A stretch of DNA of 64,000 nt. Origin: the human T2T-CHM13v2.0 reference genome, Homo sapiens. The notes beneath the pieces were generated by a model. It saw only the letters and a program-made list of their open reading frames with translations. It was not told where the DNA came from and ran no database searches. The translations under genes were made by a program, and so were the position numbers. Positions 1 to 11,900 of this stretch are shown here, piece by piece. The DNA lies in NCBI RefSeq assembly GCF_009914755.1, contig NC_060927.1; one strand, written 5' to 3'. Position 1 is the first letter of the stretch. Every line of letters starts with the position of its first letter.

Positions 1-3000
1 ACCAGCCAAAATGTAAAAGGGTTAAATGCCCCAGTTAAAAGACACAGCCTGGCAAATTGGATAAACAGTCAAGGCCCATCCGTGTGCTGTATGCAGGAGA
101 TCCATCTCACGTGCAAAGACACACATAGGCTCAAAATAAAGGGATAGAGGAAAATTTACCAAGCAAATGGAAAGCAAAAAAAGCAGGGGTTGCAATCCTA
201 GTCTCTAACAAAGCAGAATTTAAACCAACAAAGATCAAAAAAGACAAAGAAGGCATTACATAATGGTAAAGGGAACAATTCAACAAGAAAAGCTAACTAT
301 TCTAAATATATATACACCCAATAAAGGAGCACACAGACTCATAAAAAAAGTTCTTAGAGACCCACAAAGGGACTTAGACTCCCACACAATAATAGTGGGA
401 GACTTTAACACTCCACTGTCAGTATTAGACAGGTCAATGAGACAGAACATTAAAAAGGATATTCAGGACTTGAGCTCAGCTCTGGATCAAGTAGACCTAG
501 TAGATGTTCACAGAATTCTCTACTTCAAATCAAAAGAATATACATTCTTCTCAGTGCCACATGGCACGTACTCTAAAATCTACCACATAATTGGAAGTAA
601 AACACTCCTCAGCAAATGCAAAAGAACTGAAATCATAACAGTCTCTGAGACCACAGTGCAATTAAATTAGAACTCAAGATTAAGAAACTCACTTAGAACC
701 ACAAAATTACATGGAAATTGAACAACCTGCTCCTGAATGACTCCAAGGTAAATAATGAAATTAAAGCAGAAATCAAGAGGTTCCTTGAAACCAATGAGAA
801 CAAACAGACAATGTACCAGAATCTCTGGAACACAACTAAAGGAGTGCTAAGAGGGAAATTTATGGCACTAAGTGCCCACATCAGGAAGGTAGAAAGGTCT
901 CAAATAGACACACTAACATCAAAATTAAAAGAGATAGAGACGCAAGAGCAAACTAGCCCAAAAGCTAGCAGAAAACAAGAAATAAATAAATGAGAAAATA
1001 ATTGAAGGAAATAGAGACATGAAAACCCCCAAAATAATCAGTCAATCCAGAAGCTAGGTTTTTTGAAAAAAATTAACAAAATAGATAGACCACTAGCTAG
1101 ACTAATGGAGAAAAGAGGAAAGAATCAAATAGACACAATAAAAAATGATAAAGGAGATGTCAACAATGATCCCACAGAAATTCAAACTACCATCAGAGAA
1201 TACTATAAACACTTCTAATACAAATAAACTAAAAACCTAGAAGAAAAGGATAAATTCCTGGACACATACACCCACCCAAGACTAAACCAAGAAGAAGTCG
1301 AATGCCTCAATAGACATTAACAATTTCTAAAATTAAGGCAGTTATTAATAGCTTACCAACCAAAAAAAGCCCAGGACCAGATGGATTCACAGCTGAATTC
1401 TACCAGAAATACAAAGAGGAGCTGGTACCATTTCTTCTGTAGCTATTCCAAACAATTGAAAAGGAGGGACTCCTCCTTAACTCATTTTATGAAGCCAGCA
1501 TCATCCTGATACCAAAACCGGAAAAAGACATGACAAGAAAAGAAAAATTCAGGCCAATATCCCTGATGAACATTGAAGTGAAAATCTGCAATAAAATACT
1601 GGCAAACGGAATCCAGCACCACATCAAAAAACTTATCCACCACGATCAAGTCAGCTTCATCCCTGGGATGCAGGGCTGGTTCAACATATGCAAATCAAAA
1701 AACGTAATCCATCACATAAACAGAACCAATGACAAAAACCACATGATTATCTCAATAGATGCAGAAAAGGCCTTTGATAAAATTCAACATCCCTTCATGT
1801 TAAAAAACTCTCAATAAACTAGGTATTGATTGAACATATCTCAAAATAATAAGAGCTATTTATGACAAACCCACAGCCAATATCATATAGAATGGGCAAA
1901 AGCTGGAAGCATTCCCTTTGAAAACCAGCACAAGACAAGGATGCCCTCTCTTACCACTCCTATTCAACATAGTATTGGAAGTTCTGGCTAGGGCAATCAG
2001 GCAAGAGAAAGAAATAAAGGGTATTCGAATAGGAAGAGAGGAAGTCACACTGTCTCTGTTTGCAGATGACATGTTTTTATATTTGGAAAACCCCATCATC
2101 TCAGCCCAATAGCTCCTGAAACTGATAAGAAACTTTAGCAAAGTCTCAGAATACACAATGTGCAAAAATTATAAGCATTCCTTTACACCAACAATAGACA
2201 AGCAAAGAGCCACATCATGAATGAACTACCATTCATGATCACTGCAAAGATAATAAAATACCTAGTAATTCAGCTAATTCAGCTAACAAGGGATGTGAAG
2301 GACCTCTTCAAGGAGAACTACAAACCACTTCTCAAGGAAATAAGAGAGGACACAAGCAAATGGAAAAACATAGGATCCTCATGGACAGAAATAATCAATA
2401 TCATGAAAATGGCCATACTCCCCAAAGTAATTTATAGATTCAATGTTATTCTCATCAAACTACCATTGACATTCATCACAGAATTAGAAAAAACTACTTT
2501 AAATTTCATATGGAATCAAAGAAGACCCCATTTAGCCAAGACAATCCTAGGCAAAAAGAACAAAACTGGAGGCATCATGCTACCTGACTTCAAACTATAT
2601 TACAAGGCTGCAGTAACCAAAACAGCATGGTACTGGTACCAAAACAGACATACAGATCAATGGAACAGAACAGAGACGTCAGAAATAATACCACACACCT
2701 ACAACCATCTGGTCTTTGACAAACATGTCAAAAACAAGCAATAGGGAAAGGATCTCCTATTCAGTAAATGGTGCTAGGGAAACTGCTAGCCATATGCAGA
2801 AAACTGAAACTTGACTCCTTCTTTACATCTTATACAAAAATGAACTCAAGATGGATTAAAGACTTAAATGTAAAACCTAAAACCATAAAAATCCTTGAAG
2901 AAAACCTAGGTAATACCATTCAGGACATAGGCATGGGCAAAGCCTTCATGACAAAAATGCCAAAAGCAATTGAAACAAAAACCAAAATTAACAAATGGGA

Positions 3001-3986
3001 TCTAATTTAACTAAAGAACTTCACAGCAAAAGAAACTATCATCAGAGTGAGCAGGCAACCTACAGAATGGGGAAAAATTTGGAATGTACCCATCTGACAA
3101 AGGTCCAATATCCAGAATTTACAAGCAACTGAAATATATTTACAAGAAAAACCAAACAACCCCATCAAAAAGTGGGCAAAGGATATGAACCAACACTTCC
3201 CAAAAGCAGACATTTATGTGGCCAACAAACATATGAAGAAAAGCTCAACATGGCTGATCATCAGGGAAATGCAAATTGAAACCACAATGAGATACCATCT
3301 CATGCCAGTCAGAATAGCAATTATTAAAATGTCAGGAAAAAATAGATGCTGGTGAGGTTGTGGAGAAATAGGAATGCTTTTACACTGTCAGTGGGACTGT
3401 AGTTCAACCACTGTGGAAGACATTATTGTGATTCCTCAAGGATCTAGAACCAGAAATACCATTTGACCCAGCAGTCCTATTACTGGGTATATACCCAAAG
3501 GAATATAAATCATTCTACTATAAAGACACATGCACACCTATGTTTACTGCAGCACTGTTTACAATAGCAAAGACACGGAACCAACCCAAATGCCCATCAA
3601 TGATAGACTGGATAAAGAGAATGTGGTACATATACACGATGGAATACTAGGAAGCCATAAAACAGAATGAGATCATGTCTTTTGCAGGGACATGAATGAA
3701 GCTGGAAGCCATCATCCTCAGCAAACTAACACAGGAACAGAAAACCAAACACTGCACATTCTTACTCATAAGTGGGAGTTCAACCACGAGGACACATGGA
3801 CACAGAGAGGGGAACAACACACACCAGGGCCTTTGGGGGTTGGGGGGTGAGGGGAGGGAACTTAGAGGATGGGTCAATAGGTGCAGCAAACCACCATGGC
3901 ACATGTATACCTATGTAACAAACATGCACATTCTGCACATGTATCCCGTTTGTTTGTTTTTTTTTTAAGAAATAAAAAACAAAAAA
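1..3986 (+). mobile_element. LINE-1, L1PA8A/L1PA10-like: disrupted ORF2 + 3'UTR + A-tail; 5' part outside window
   Basis: ORF fragments give EN (IVGDFNTPLS), RT ([24 protein letters not shown]) and C-terminal pieces separated by stops/frameshifts. 3'UTR GGGAACTTAGAGGATGGGTCAATAGGTGCAGC...TATCCCG(T)nAAGAAATAAA resembles L1PA8A. Confidence 0.93.
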
Positions 3987-4979
3987 TACCTATCACCCTT
4001 AAAAAAGATCATCCTAAATTTTGAGAATTCAAATTCGAACCTTGTATTACAATTGTAATGTTCACTCTCCTTAAAATAATCATCCTCCATGAGATGAAGA
4101 AAAGAAATATTTCTTAGGGACTCTACGTCTCAACAAACCATGGATCTCCCAAGCAAAAATCACCATTCAGAAATGAAACTTGTAAGCCTTCTAATCACAG
4201 GATGATACTTTTCCCCTGAAACCAGTACTGAGATGAATCTGTCTCTCCATTCTATTTAGTAACTGAGCCTTGTTTCAGGTTTTTCTAGAGTCAGGTAGTT
4301 TTCTTTCAGAACAATGTGCTACAGATCTAATACACGTAGATTTATACAAGGCGATAAATCTTGACAAAACAGTACACAGCAGTTCAATTAACCAGCTTCA
4401 GGGGAACCTAAAGTGATTGCAGGTTTGAGGCTACCTTTATTATCTGAGGGTAAATGCATCAGTATTAAGTGGTCCTTTGGTAACTACATTCAATACAAAC
4501 CTAGCCAACAGAGTTTCTGAGTAATAATCGAAAATGGAAAAACCATTTAGTAATAGTAAATATAATATTCTGAAAACCCAAACCAATAAAAATACTTTCA
4601 ACCTTTGTTATTTGACTTAATATATTAAAGACAAGAGCAAGAAACGAGAAGTACAAGTTATAATAGATTAAAAGTCACTAAGTGTCAGATTAAGAAAGGC
4701 AAGTTTGATTGGGTATAGATAAATTGAATTATGTGTCTAGAGAAACTTTTACTTTTCCCCATGACTAGAAATAACTATTTTTAAAAAGTCAATCCTGAAG
4801 AGAAAGAGACCATTCTGTAAAATGAATGATCAATTCCTTTGTATGTGGATTTTATCATTCTAGGCTGCAGGGGCTGTCAACTTTCAGTGTTCCAACAAGC
4901 CCATTCTGTCAAGTAAGTTCTGGATACAGAATCATGAATGAACACTGATGCCCCTAACCAGCTTGATCAGATTGTGTCA

Positions 4980-5240
4980 GAATATGTCATCTCTTTCTCT
5001 TTGGGTCTGTAAGGTTTCTGCTGAGATGTCCATCTTAGTCAAATGGTGTTTCTTTTATAAGTGACTAGACATTTTCCTCTTGCTCTGTTGAATTTGCTCT
5101 TTCACTTTGACTTTAGACAGTCTGATTATAATGTGCCATGGCAAAGACCTTTTTGCATTGTATTTGGGGATTGCCAGGCCTCCTGTGTCTGGATGTCTAT
5201 ATCTCTTGCTAGAATTGGGAAGTTTTTACCTACTATTTTG
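4980..5240 (-). mobile_element. Old L1 (L1PB/L1MA-type) ORF1 fragment, antisense
   Basis: CTGTAAGGTTTCTGCTGAG...TTGACTTTAGACAGTCTGATTATAATGTGCCATGG matches the reverse complement of L1 ORF1. Confidence 0.75.
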
Positions 5241-5244
5241 GTCA

Positions 5245-6243
5245 TCCTAATGTAAATTCAAACAATAAGATGCTAGCAAAATGAATCAACCAGCATATTG
5301 GGATTTACACCAGGAATGCAAAGATCATTCAACATATGCAAATAAATAAACATGAGACATCACAAAAACAAAATGAATAAAAATCATATGATCATCTCAA
5401 TAGATGCAGAAAATGCTTTTAAATAAAATTCAGCATGACTTTATAATAAGAACACCCAAGAAATTAGGCATAGAAAGAACATGCCTCAAAATAATAATAA
5501 AAGCCATGTAAAACAAATCTACAGTTAACATCATACTGAACGGGGAAAAGTTGAAAGCCTTTCCTCTAAGAACTGGAACAAGAGTGTCCACTTTCACCAT
5601 CCCTATCCAACATAGTACTAAAGCTCTAGCCAGAGCAATCAGGCAAGAGAAAGGAATAAAAAGCATCCAAACTGAAAAAGAGGAAGTCAGAATTTCCCTC
5701 TTTGCTGATTATGTAATTTTATATTTAGAAAAACCTAAAGACTCCATCAAAAAATTCTTTTTTTTTCTTTTATTATTATACTTTAAGTTTTAGGGTACAT
5801 GTGCACATTGTGCAGGTTAGTTACATATGTATACATGTGCCATGCTGGTGCACTGTTTGATAAATTCAGTAAAGTTGCAAGATATGAAATCAATGTACAA
5901 AAATCAGTAGCATTGTTATAAACTGATAATGGTCTAGCTGAGAAAGAGAGTGATAAGGCAATCCCATTTACAATAACTACAAAAAATAAAATGTCAGGAA
6001 TTAATTTAAGGAAGGAGGTAAAAATCTCTACAAGAAAAGCTACAAAACACTGATGAAAGACCTTGCAGATGACACAAACAAATAGAAAAACATCACATGC
6101 TCATGAATTGGAAGAATTAATATCATTAAATACTACCCAAAGCAATATACAGAGTCAATGCAATCTCTATTAAGGTATAAGCATAATTTTTTACAGAATT
6201 AGAAAAATCAATCCAAAAATTCATGTGGAACCAAAAAAGAGCC
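5245..6243 (+). mobile_element. Old L1 (L1PB/L1MA-type) ORF2 RT fragment, interrupted at ~5760-5855
   Basis: [34 protein letters not shown]; ends at the THE1 LTR. Confidence 0.85.
5760..5855 (-). mobile_element. ~100 bp 3' end of a young L1 (L1PA2/L1HS-type)
   Basis: (T)n TATTATTATACTTTAAGTTTTAGGGTACATGTGCACATTGTGCAGGTTAGTTACATATGTATACATGTGCCATGCTGGTGCACTG is near-identical to the young L1 3' terminus. Confidence 0.9.
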
Positions 6244-6591
6244 TGATATGGTTTGGCTGTGTCCCCACCCAAATCTCATCCCATAATTCCTACATGTTGT
6301 GGAAGGAAACCAGTGGGAGATAATTGAATCATAGGGGCAGTTTCCCCCATACTGTTCTCGCGATAGTGAATAAGTCTCATGTGATCTGATGTTTTTATAA
6401 GGGGTTTCCACTTTCACTTGGTTGTGATTCTCTCTTGGTTGCTGCCATGTAAGATGTGCTTTTCACCTTCCACCATGATTGTGAGGCCTCCCCAGTCATG
6501 TGGAACTGAGAGTCCATTAAACCTTATTTTCTTTACAAATTACCCAGTCTCGGGTATGCCTTTATTAGCAGCATGAGGACAGACTAATAGA
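6244..6591 (+). mobile_element. THE1 (MaLR) 5' LTR, THE1B/C-like
   Basis: Starts TGATATGGTTTGGCTGTGTCCCCACCCAAATCTCATC; ends CAGACTAATAGA. Confidence 0.92.
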
Positions 6592-7337
6592 GTAAATTGG
6601 TACTGAGAGTGGGGTGCTGCTGTAAAGATACCTGAAATTGTGGAAGCAACTTTGGAACTGGCAAAGGTTGGAAAACTTTGGGGGGCTCAGAAGAAGATAG
6701 GAAAATGTGGGAAAGTTTGGAGCTTTCTAGAGACTTGTTGAATGGGTTTGACCAAAATGCTGATAATGATATGGACAATGAAATCCAGGCTGAGATGGTC
6801 TCAGATAGAGATAAGGAACTTGTTGGAAACTGGAGTAAAGGTGACCCCTGCCATACTTTAGCAAAGAGATTGGTGGCATTTTGTCTCTGCCCTAGAGATT
6901 TGTGGAACTTTGAACTTGAGGGAGATGACTTAGGATATCTGGTGGAAGAAATTTCTAAGTTGCAAAGCATTCAAGAGGTGACAAAGATGCTGTTAAAAGC
7001 ATTCAGTTTTAAAAGGAAAACGGAGCTTAAAAGTTTGGAAAATTTGCAGCCTGATGATGCAATAGAAAAGAAAATCCCATTTTCTGAGGAGAAATTCAAG
7101 ACAGCTGCAGAAATTCGCATAAGTAACTAGGAGCCAACTGTTAATCACCAAGACAATAGGGAAAATGTCTCCAGGGCATGTCAGAGACCTTTGCAGCAGC
7201 CCCTCCCATCACAGGCCCTGAGGCCTGGGAAGGAAAAATGGTTTCAAGGACTAAGCCGAGGGCCTCCCTGCTGGATGCAGCCTAGGGACTTCGTGTCTTA
7301 CATCTCAGCCGCTCTAGCCATGGGGAAAAGTGTCAAG
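6592..7337 (+). mobile_element. THE1 internal region, 3'-truncated, no 3' LTR
   Basis: GTAAATTGGTAC start; ORF 6678-7130 (GSEEDRKMWESLEL...LCPRDLWNFELE) is the MaLR-int remnant ORF. Confidence 0.9.
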
Positions 7338-7579
7338 GGAGTGTAGAAGAGATGTCTATTACTTATATGGTACTCTAGTACAATTGTGAATGATAACCAG
7401 GTACATGTATTACTCCCTAGCTAGTGTAATTTACTAACAACAATTTTTTTATAATAAATATTTAATTTTGCTTCAGATTGCATGATCTATTGAGTGGTGA
7501 TGGGATAATTCACAGTGTTACACTGTATATTGAATATTTGCATTTTTCAAAGTTTATGGACTATGTAAATCTGATGGAA

Positions 7580-7842
7580 CTAATGATTTAACTTCTCTAA
7601 CTAGGTAGCTCATTCTTACGTTTAACAATCTTAAGCATGATATGGTTAGAAACAGCTGCAGAGCCATAAAGTAAAATAGATGCCTGAGTCTTTCAAAATA
7701 TACATCCGAATATACCTTCAAACACTTTTAAATATGATTGCCTCCAATAATATTCCCAATGACACCTGAAAATGTTCAAATCTAGAAGCAATGCAAGGTG
7801 AAATAGTTTATAAAACTAAATCACCTCTTGGTTTGTTGTTGT
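7580..7842 (+). repeat. Donor copy of a ~265 bp local direct duplication (second copy 15488-15751)
   Basis: Hand alignment ~85% identical (e.g. GAGCCATAAAGTAAAATAG and GACACCTGAAAATGTTCA in both). Confidence 0.92.
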
Positions 7843-8293
7843 TGTTGATTGCACAGGAAATGTTGCATAGAATTCATGCTATGAAGCACTGAGATAAAAA
7901 GTCGCCAGAATTGAGGGAAAAGAGTAGGCATTCAGGTCAGTCATCTAAATTGTAATGGCTGTTTGGGAAACATTTTCATGCTACCCAGCAGAAAATCCAG
8001 TTCCAATATGAAGTAAAACTCTTGGAAACACTTTGGCATAGTGGCAAATTCATATGCATGACAGAGGAAGCACTTGGAGCACAGATCTGCTGAATTTGTT
8101 TCACTTTGTATTTATCCACCATAGCACAAGCACTAAAGGGAATTGGTGTTTTTAATGTACTATGTAAATGTTCTAAAGAACAATAATAAGTGAGAAAATC
8201 TGAGTAATCAATTTCATTCTTCTTTCCACTTTTAAAGAAAAATAAAGAAAATAAAACCTTTAAATTATGTCGAGAAAAACAGATGTTTGTGAT

Positions 8294-8890
8294 TAAAACC
8301 ACCTTTGCAAAAATTATGACAGTGAGAAAATTATGGCAGTGAAAGAGATCTGACGTAACCAACTTCATCTTGCCTTTAACTGCCAGACAGCCCTTGGTCA
8401 TTCTTGGGCGTGGTCCAAACTAGCTTTGGGAGAAGTTTAGTTTGTTGTTTAAATGATAATATCCCTTCTCAAAAAGCTAAATTGCCTCTGTAAAATTAAT
8501 GAAAGCCCACCATAGTAGGAGTTTCAGAGGCATCTGAATTCATAAACAATTACCAACTATTATTCCAGAGATCACGAGATTTGCCACTTCCCCAAATACT
8601 CCTCCAAACAACATTGCTGTTGTAGAACCTATTTTTGGCCTTTTGAGATGTCTTTTCAGACTTTTGCATTTCTGATGACCAGATAGCCCCACTCAGATTA
8701 GTGACTCTTGTGGTCCCCACCCAGATTCAGACTCAGCTCAAGAGGGCTGTTTCACACACCCCTATTATTGCATCCCCAACCAACTCATTCCCTAGCCCAC
8801 TGCCAGCCAAACTATCCTTGAAGAACCCTGGCTTCCGAATTTTAGGGGAGGTTGATTTGAGTAATAATTGAACTCTGGTCTCCTGTTTAG
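8294..8890 (+). mobile_element. LTR8-family (LTR8A/B-like, ERV1) 5' LTR, first part
   Basis: TAAAACCACCTTTGCAAAAATTATGACAGTGAGAAAATTATGGCAGTGAAAGAGATCTGAC; colinear with the 3' LTR at 22605; breaks after CTCCTGTTTAG. Confidence 0.88.
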
Positions 8891-8930
8891 TGAGTACCAC
8901 ATCTTGATACATGTATCAAGATAACTTCTA

Positions 8931-11900
8931 GGGAGTTAAGCAAGATGGCCAAATAGGAACAGCTCTCATCTCATTGGGACTGGTTAGGCAGTGGGTGCAG
9001 CCCACAGAGGGTGAGCAGAAGCAGGGTGGGGCATTGCCTCACCCAGGAAGTGCAAGGGGCCAGGGACCTCCCTCCCCTAGCCAAGGGAAGTTGTGAGGGA
9101 CTGTGCTTTCTGACCCAGATGCTATGCTTTTCCCATTGTTTTCACAACCTGCAGACCAGGAGATTCCCTCATGTACCTAAACAAACCACCAGGGCCCTGA
9201 GTTTCAAGCACAAAACTTGGCAGCAGTTTGGGCAGACACTGAGTTAGATGCAGGAGTTTTTTTCATACCCCAGTGGTGCTGGAACCCCACAAGACAGAAC
9301 TGATCACTCCCTTGGAAAGGGGGCGGAAGCCAGGAAGCCAAGCGGTCTCTCTCAGCGAGTCCCACTCCGAAGCATGGAGCCCAGCAAACTAAGAACCACT
9401 GGCTTGAAATTCTTGCTGCCAGCACAGCAGTCTAAAGTCAACACGGAACTTTTGGGCTTGGTGAGGGGAGGGGCGTCTGCCATTAATGAAGCTTGAGTAG
9501 GTGGTTTTCCCCTCACAGTGTTGAGGAAGCCAGGAAGTTCAGACTTGGTGACTCACTGCACCGCAGCAAAGCGGTTGTGGCCAGACTGCCTCTATATTCC
9601 TCCTCACTGGGCAGGGCATCTCTAAAAGAAAGGAAGCAGCCCCAGTCAGGGACTTATAGATAAAACTCCCATCTCCCTGGGACAGAGCACCTGGGGAAGG
9701 CGTGGCTGTGGGCACAGTTTCAGCAGACTTAAACATTTATGCCTGCCAGCTCTGAAGAGAGGAGCAGATCTCCCAGCACAGCACTCAAGCTCTGCTAAGG
9801 GACAGAGTGCCTCCTCAAGTGGGTCCCTGACCCCTATGCCTCCTGACTGGGAGACACCTCCCAGCAGGAGTTGACAGACACCTCATACAGGAGAGCTCCA
9901 GCTGGCATCAGGTGGGTGTCCATCTGGGATGAAGCTTCCAGAGGAAGGAGCAGGCAGCAATCATTGCTGTTCTACGGCCTCCACTGGTGATGCCCAGGCA
10001 AATAGGGTCTGGAGTGGAACTCCAGCAAACTCCAGCAGATGTGCAGAAGAACGGGCATGACTGATAGAAGGAAAACTAACAAACAGAAAGAAATAGCATC
10101 AACATCAACCAAAAAAAGTCCACACAAAAACCCCAACCAAAGGTCACCAACATCAAAGACTAAAGGTAGATAAATCCACGAAGATGAGGAAAAACAAGTG
10201 CAAAAATGCTGAAAATTCCCAAAACCAGAATGCCTCTTTTCCTCCAAATGAGTGTAACTCCTCTCCAGCAAGGGCACAAAACTGGACTGAGAATGAGTTT
10301 GACAGATTGACAGAAGTAGGCTTCAGGAGGTAAGTAATAACAAACTCCTCTGAGCTAGGGGAGCATGTTCTAACCCAATGCAAGGAAGCTAAGCACCTTG
10401 ATAAAAGGTTACAGGAACTGCTAACTAGAATAACCAGTTTAGAGAAGAACATGAATGAACTGATGGAGCTGAAAAACACAGCACGAGAACTTCATGAAGC
10501 ATACACAAGTGTCAATAGCCAAATCAATCAAATGAAAGAAAGGATATCAGAGGTTGAAAATCAAGTTAATGAAATAAAGCATGAAGCAAGATTAAAGAAA
10601 AAAGAATGAAAAGGAATGAACAAAGCCTCCAAGAAATATGGGACTATATGAAAACACCAAACCTATGATTGATTGGTGTACCTGAAAATGATGGGGAGAA
10701 TAAAACCAAGTTGGAAAATACACTTCAGGATATTATTCAGGAGAACATCCCCAAACTAGCAAGGCAGGCCAACATTCAAATTCAGGAAATACAGAGAACA
10801 CCACTAAGATACTCCTCGAGAAGAGCAACCCCAAGAAACATAATCATCAGATTCTCCAACAAAGCTGAAATGAAGGAAAGAATGTTAAGGGCAGTCAGAG
10901 AGAAAGGCCAGGTTACCTATAAAGGTAAGCCCATCAGACTAACAGTGGATCTCTCTGTAGAAACCCTACAAGCCAGAAGAGAGTAGGGGCCAATATTCAA
11001 CATTCTTAAAGAAAAATTTTTCAAGGCAGAATTTCATATCAGGCCACCCTAAGCTTCATAAGCAAAGGAGAAATAAAATTCTTTACAGACAAGCAAGTGC
11101 TGAGGGATTTTGTCACCACCAGGCCTGCCTTACAAAGCTCCTGAAGGAAGCACTAAATATGGAAAAGAAAAACCAGTATCAGCCACTGCAAAAACATACC
11201 AAAATATACAGACCAATGACACTATGAAGAAACTGCATCAACTAATGTGCAAAATAACCAGCAAGCATCATGATGACAGGATCACCTTCACACATAACAA
11301 TATTAATCTTAAATATAAATGGGCCCCAATTAAAAGACACAGACTGGCAAACTGAATAAAGAATCAAGACCCATCCATGTCCTGTATTCAGGAGAACCAT
11401 TTCACGTGTGAAGACACAGATAGGCTCAAAATAAAGGGATGGAGGAGTATTTACCAAGCAAATGGAAAGCAAAAAAAAAAAAAAAAAAAAAAAGCAGGGA
11501 TTGCAATCCTAGTTCCTGATAAAACGGACTTTAAACCAACAAAGATCAAAAAGACAAGAAAGGGCATTTCATAAAGGTAAAGGAATCAATGCAACAAGAA
11601 AAGCTAACTATCCTTAATATATATACCCACAATACAATAGCAACCAGATTCATAAAGCAAGTTCTTAGAGAATGACAAAAAGACTTAGACTCCCACACAA
11701 TAATAGTGGGAGACTTTAACACCCCACTGTCAATATTAGACAGATCAACAAGACAGAAAATTAACAAGGATATTCAGGACTTGAACTCAGCTCTGGACCA
11801 AGCAGACCTAATAGATATCTACAAAAATCTCCACCTAAAATCAACAGAATATACATTCTTCTTAGTACCACATAGCACTTATTCTAAAATCAACCGCAAA

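Noticed and set aside
6678-7130. 150-aa ORF
   Set aside because: Standard THE1-int remnant in a truncated element; no sign of domestication.
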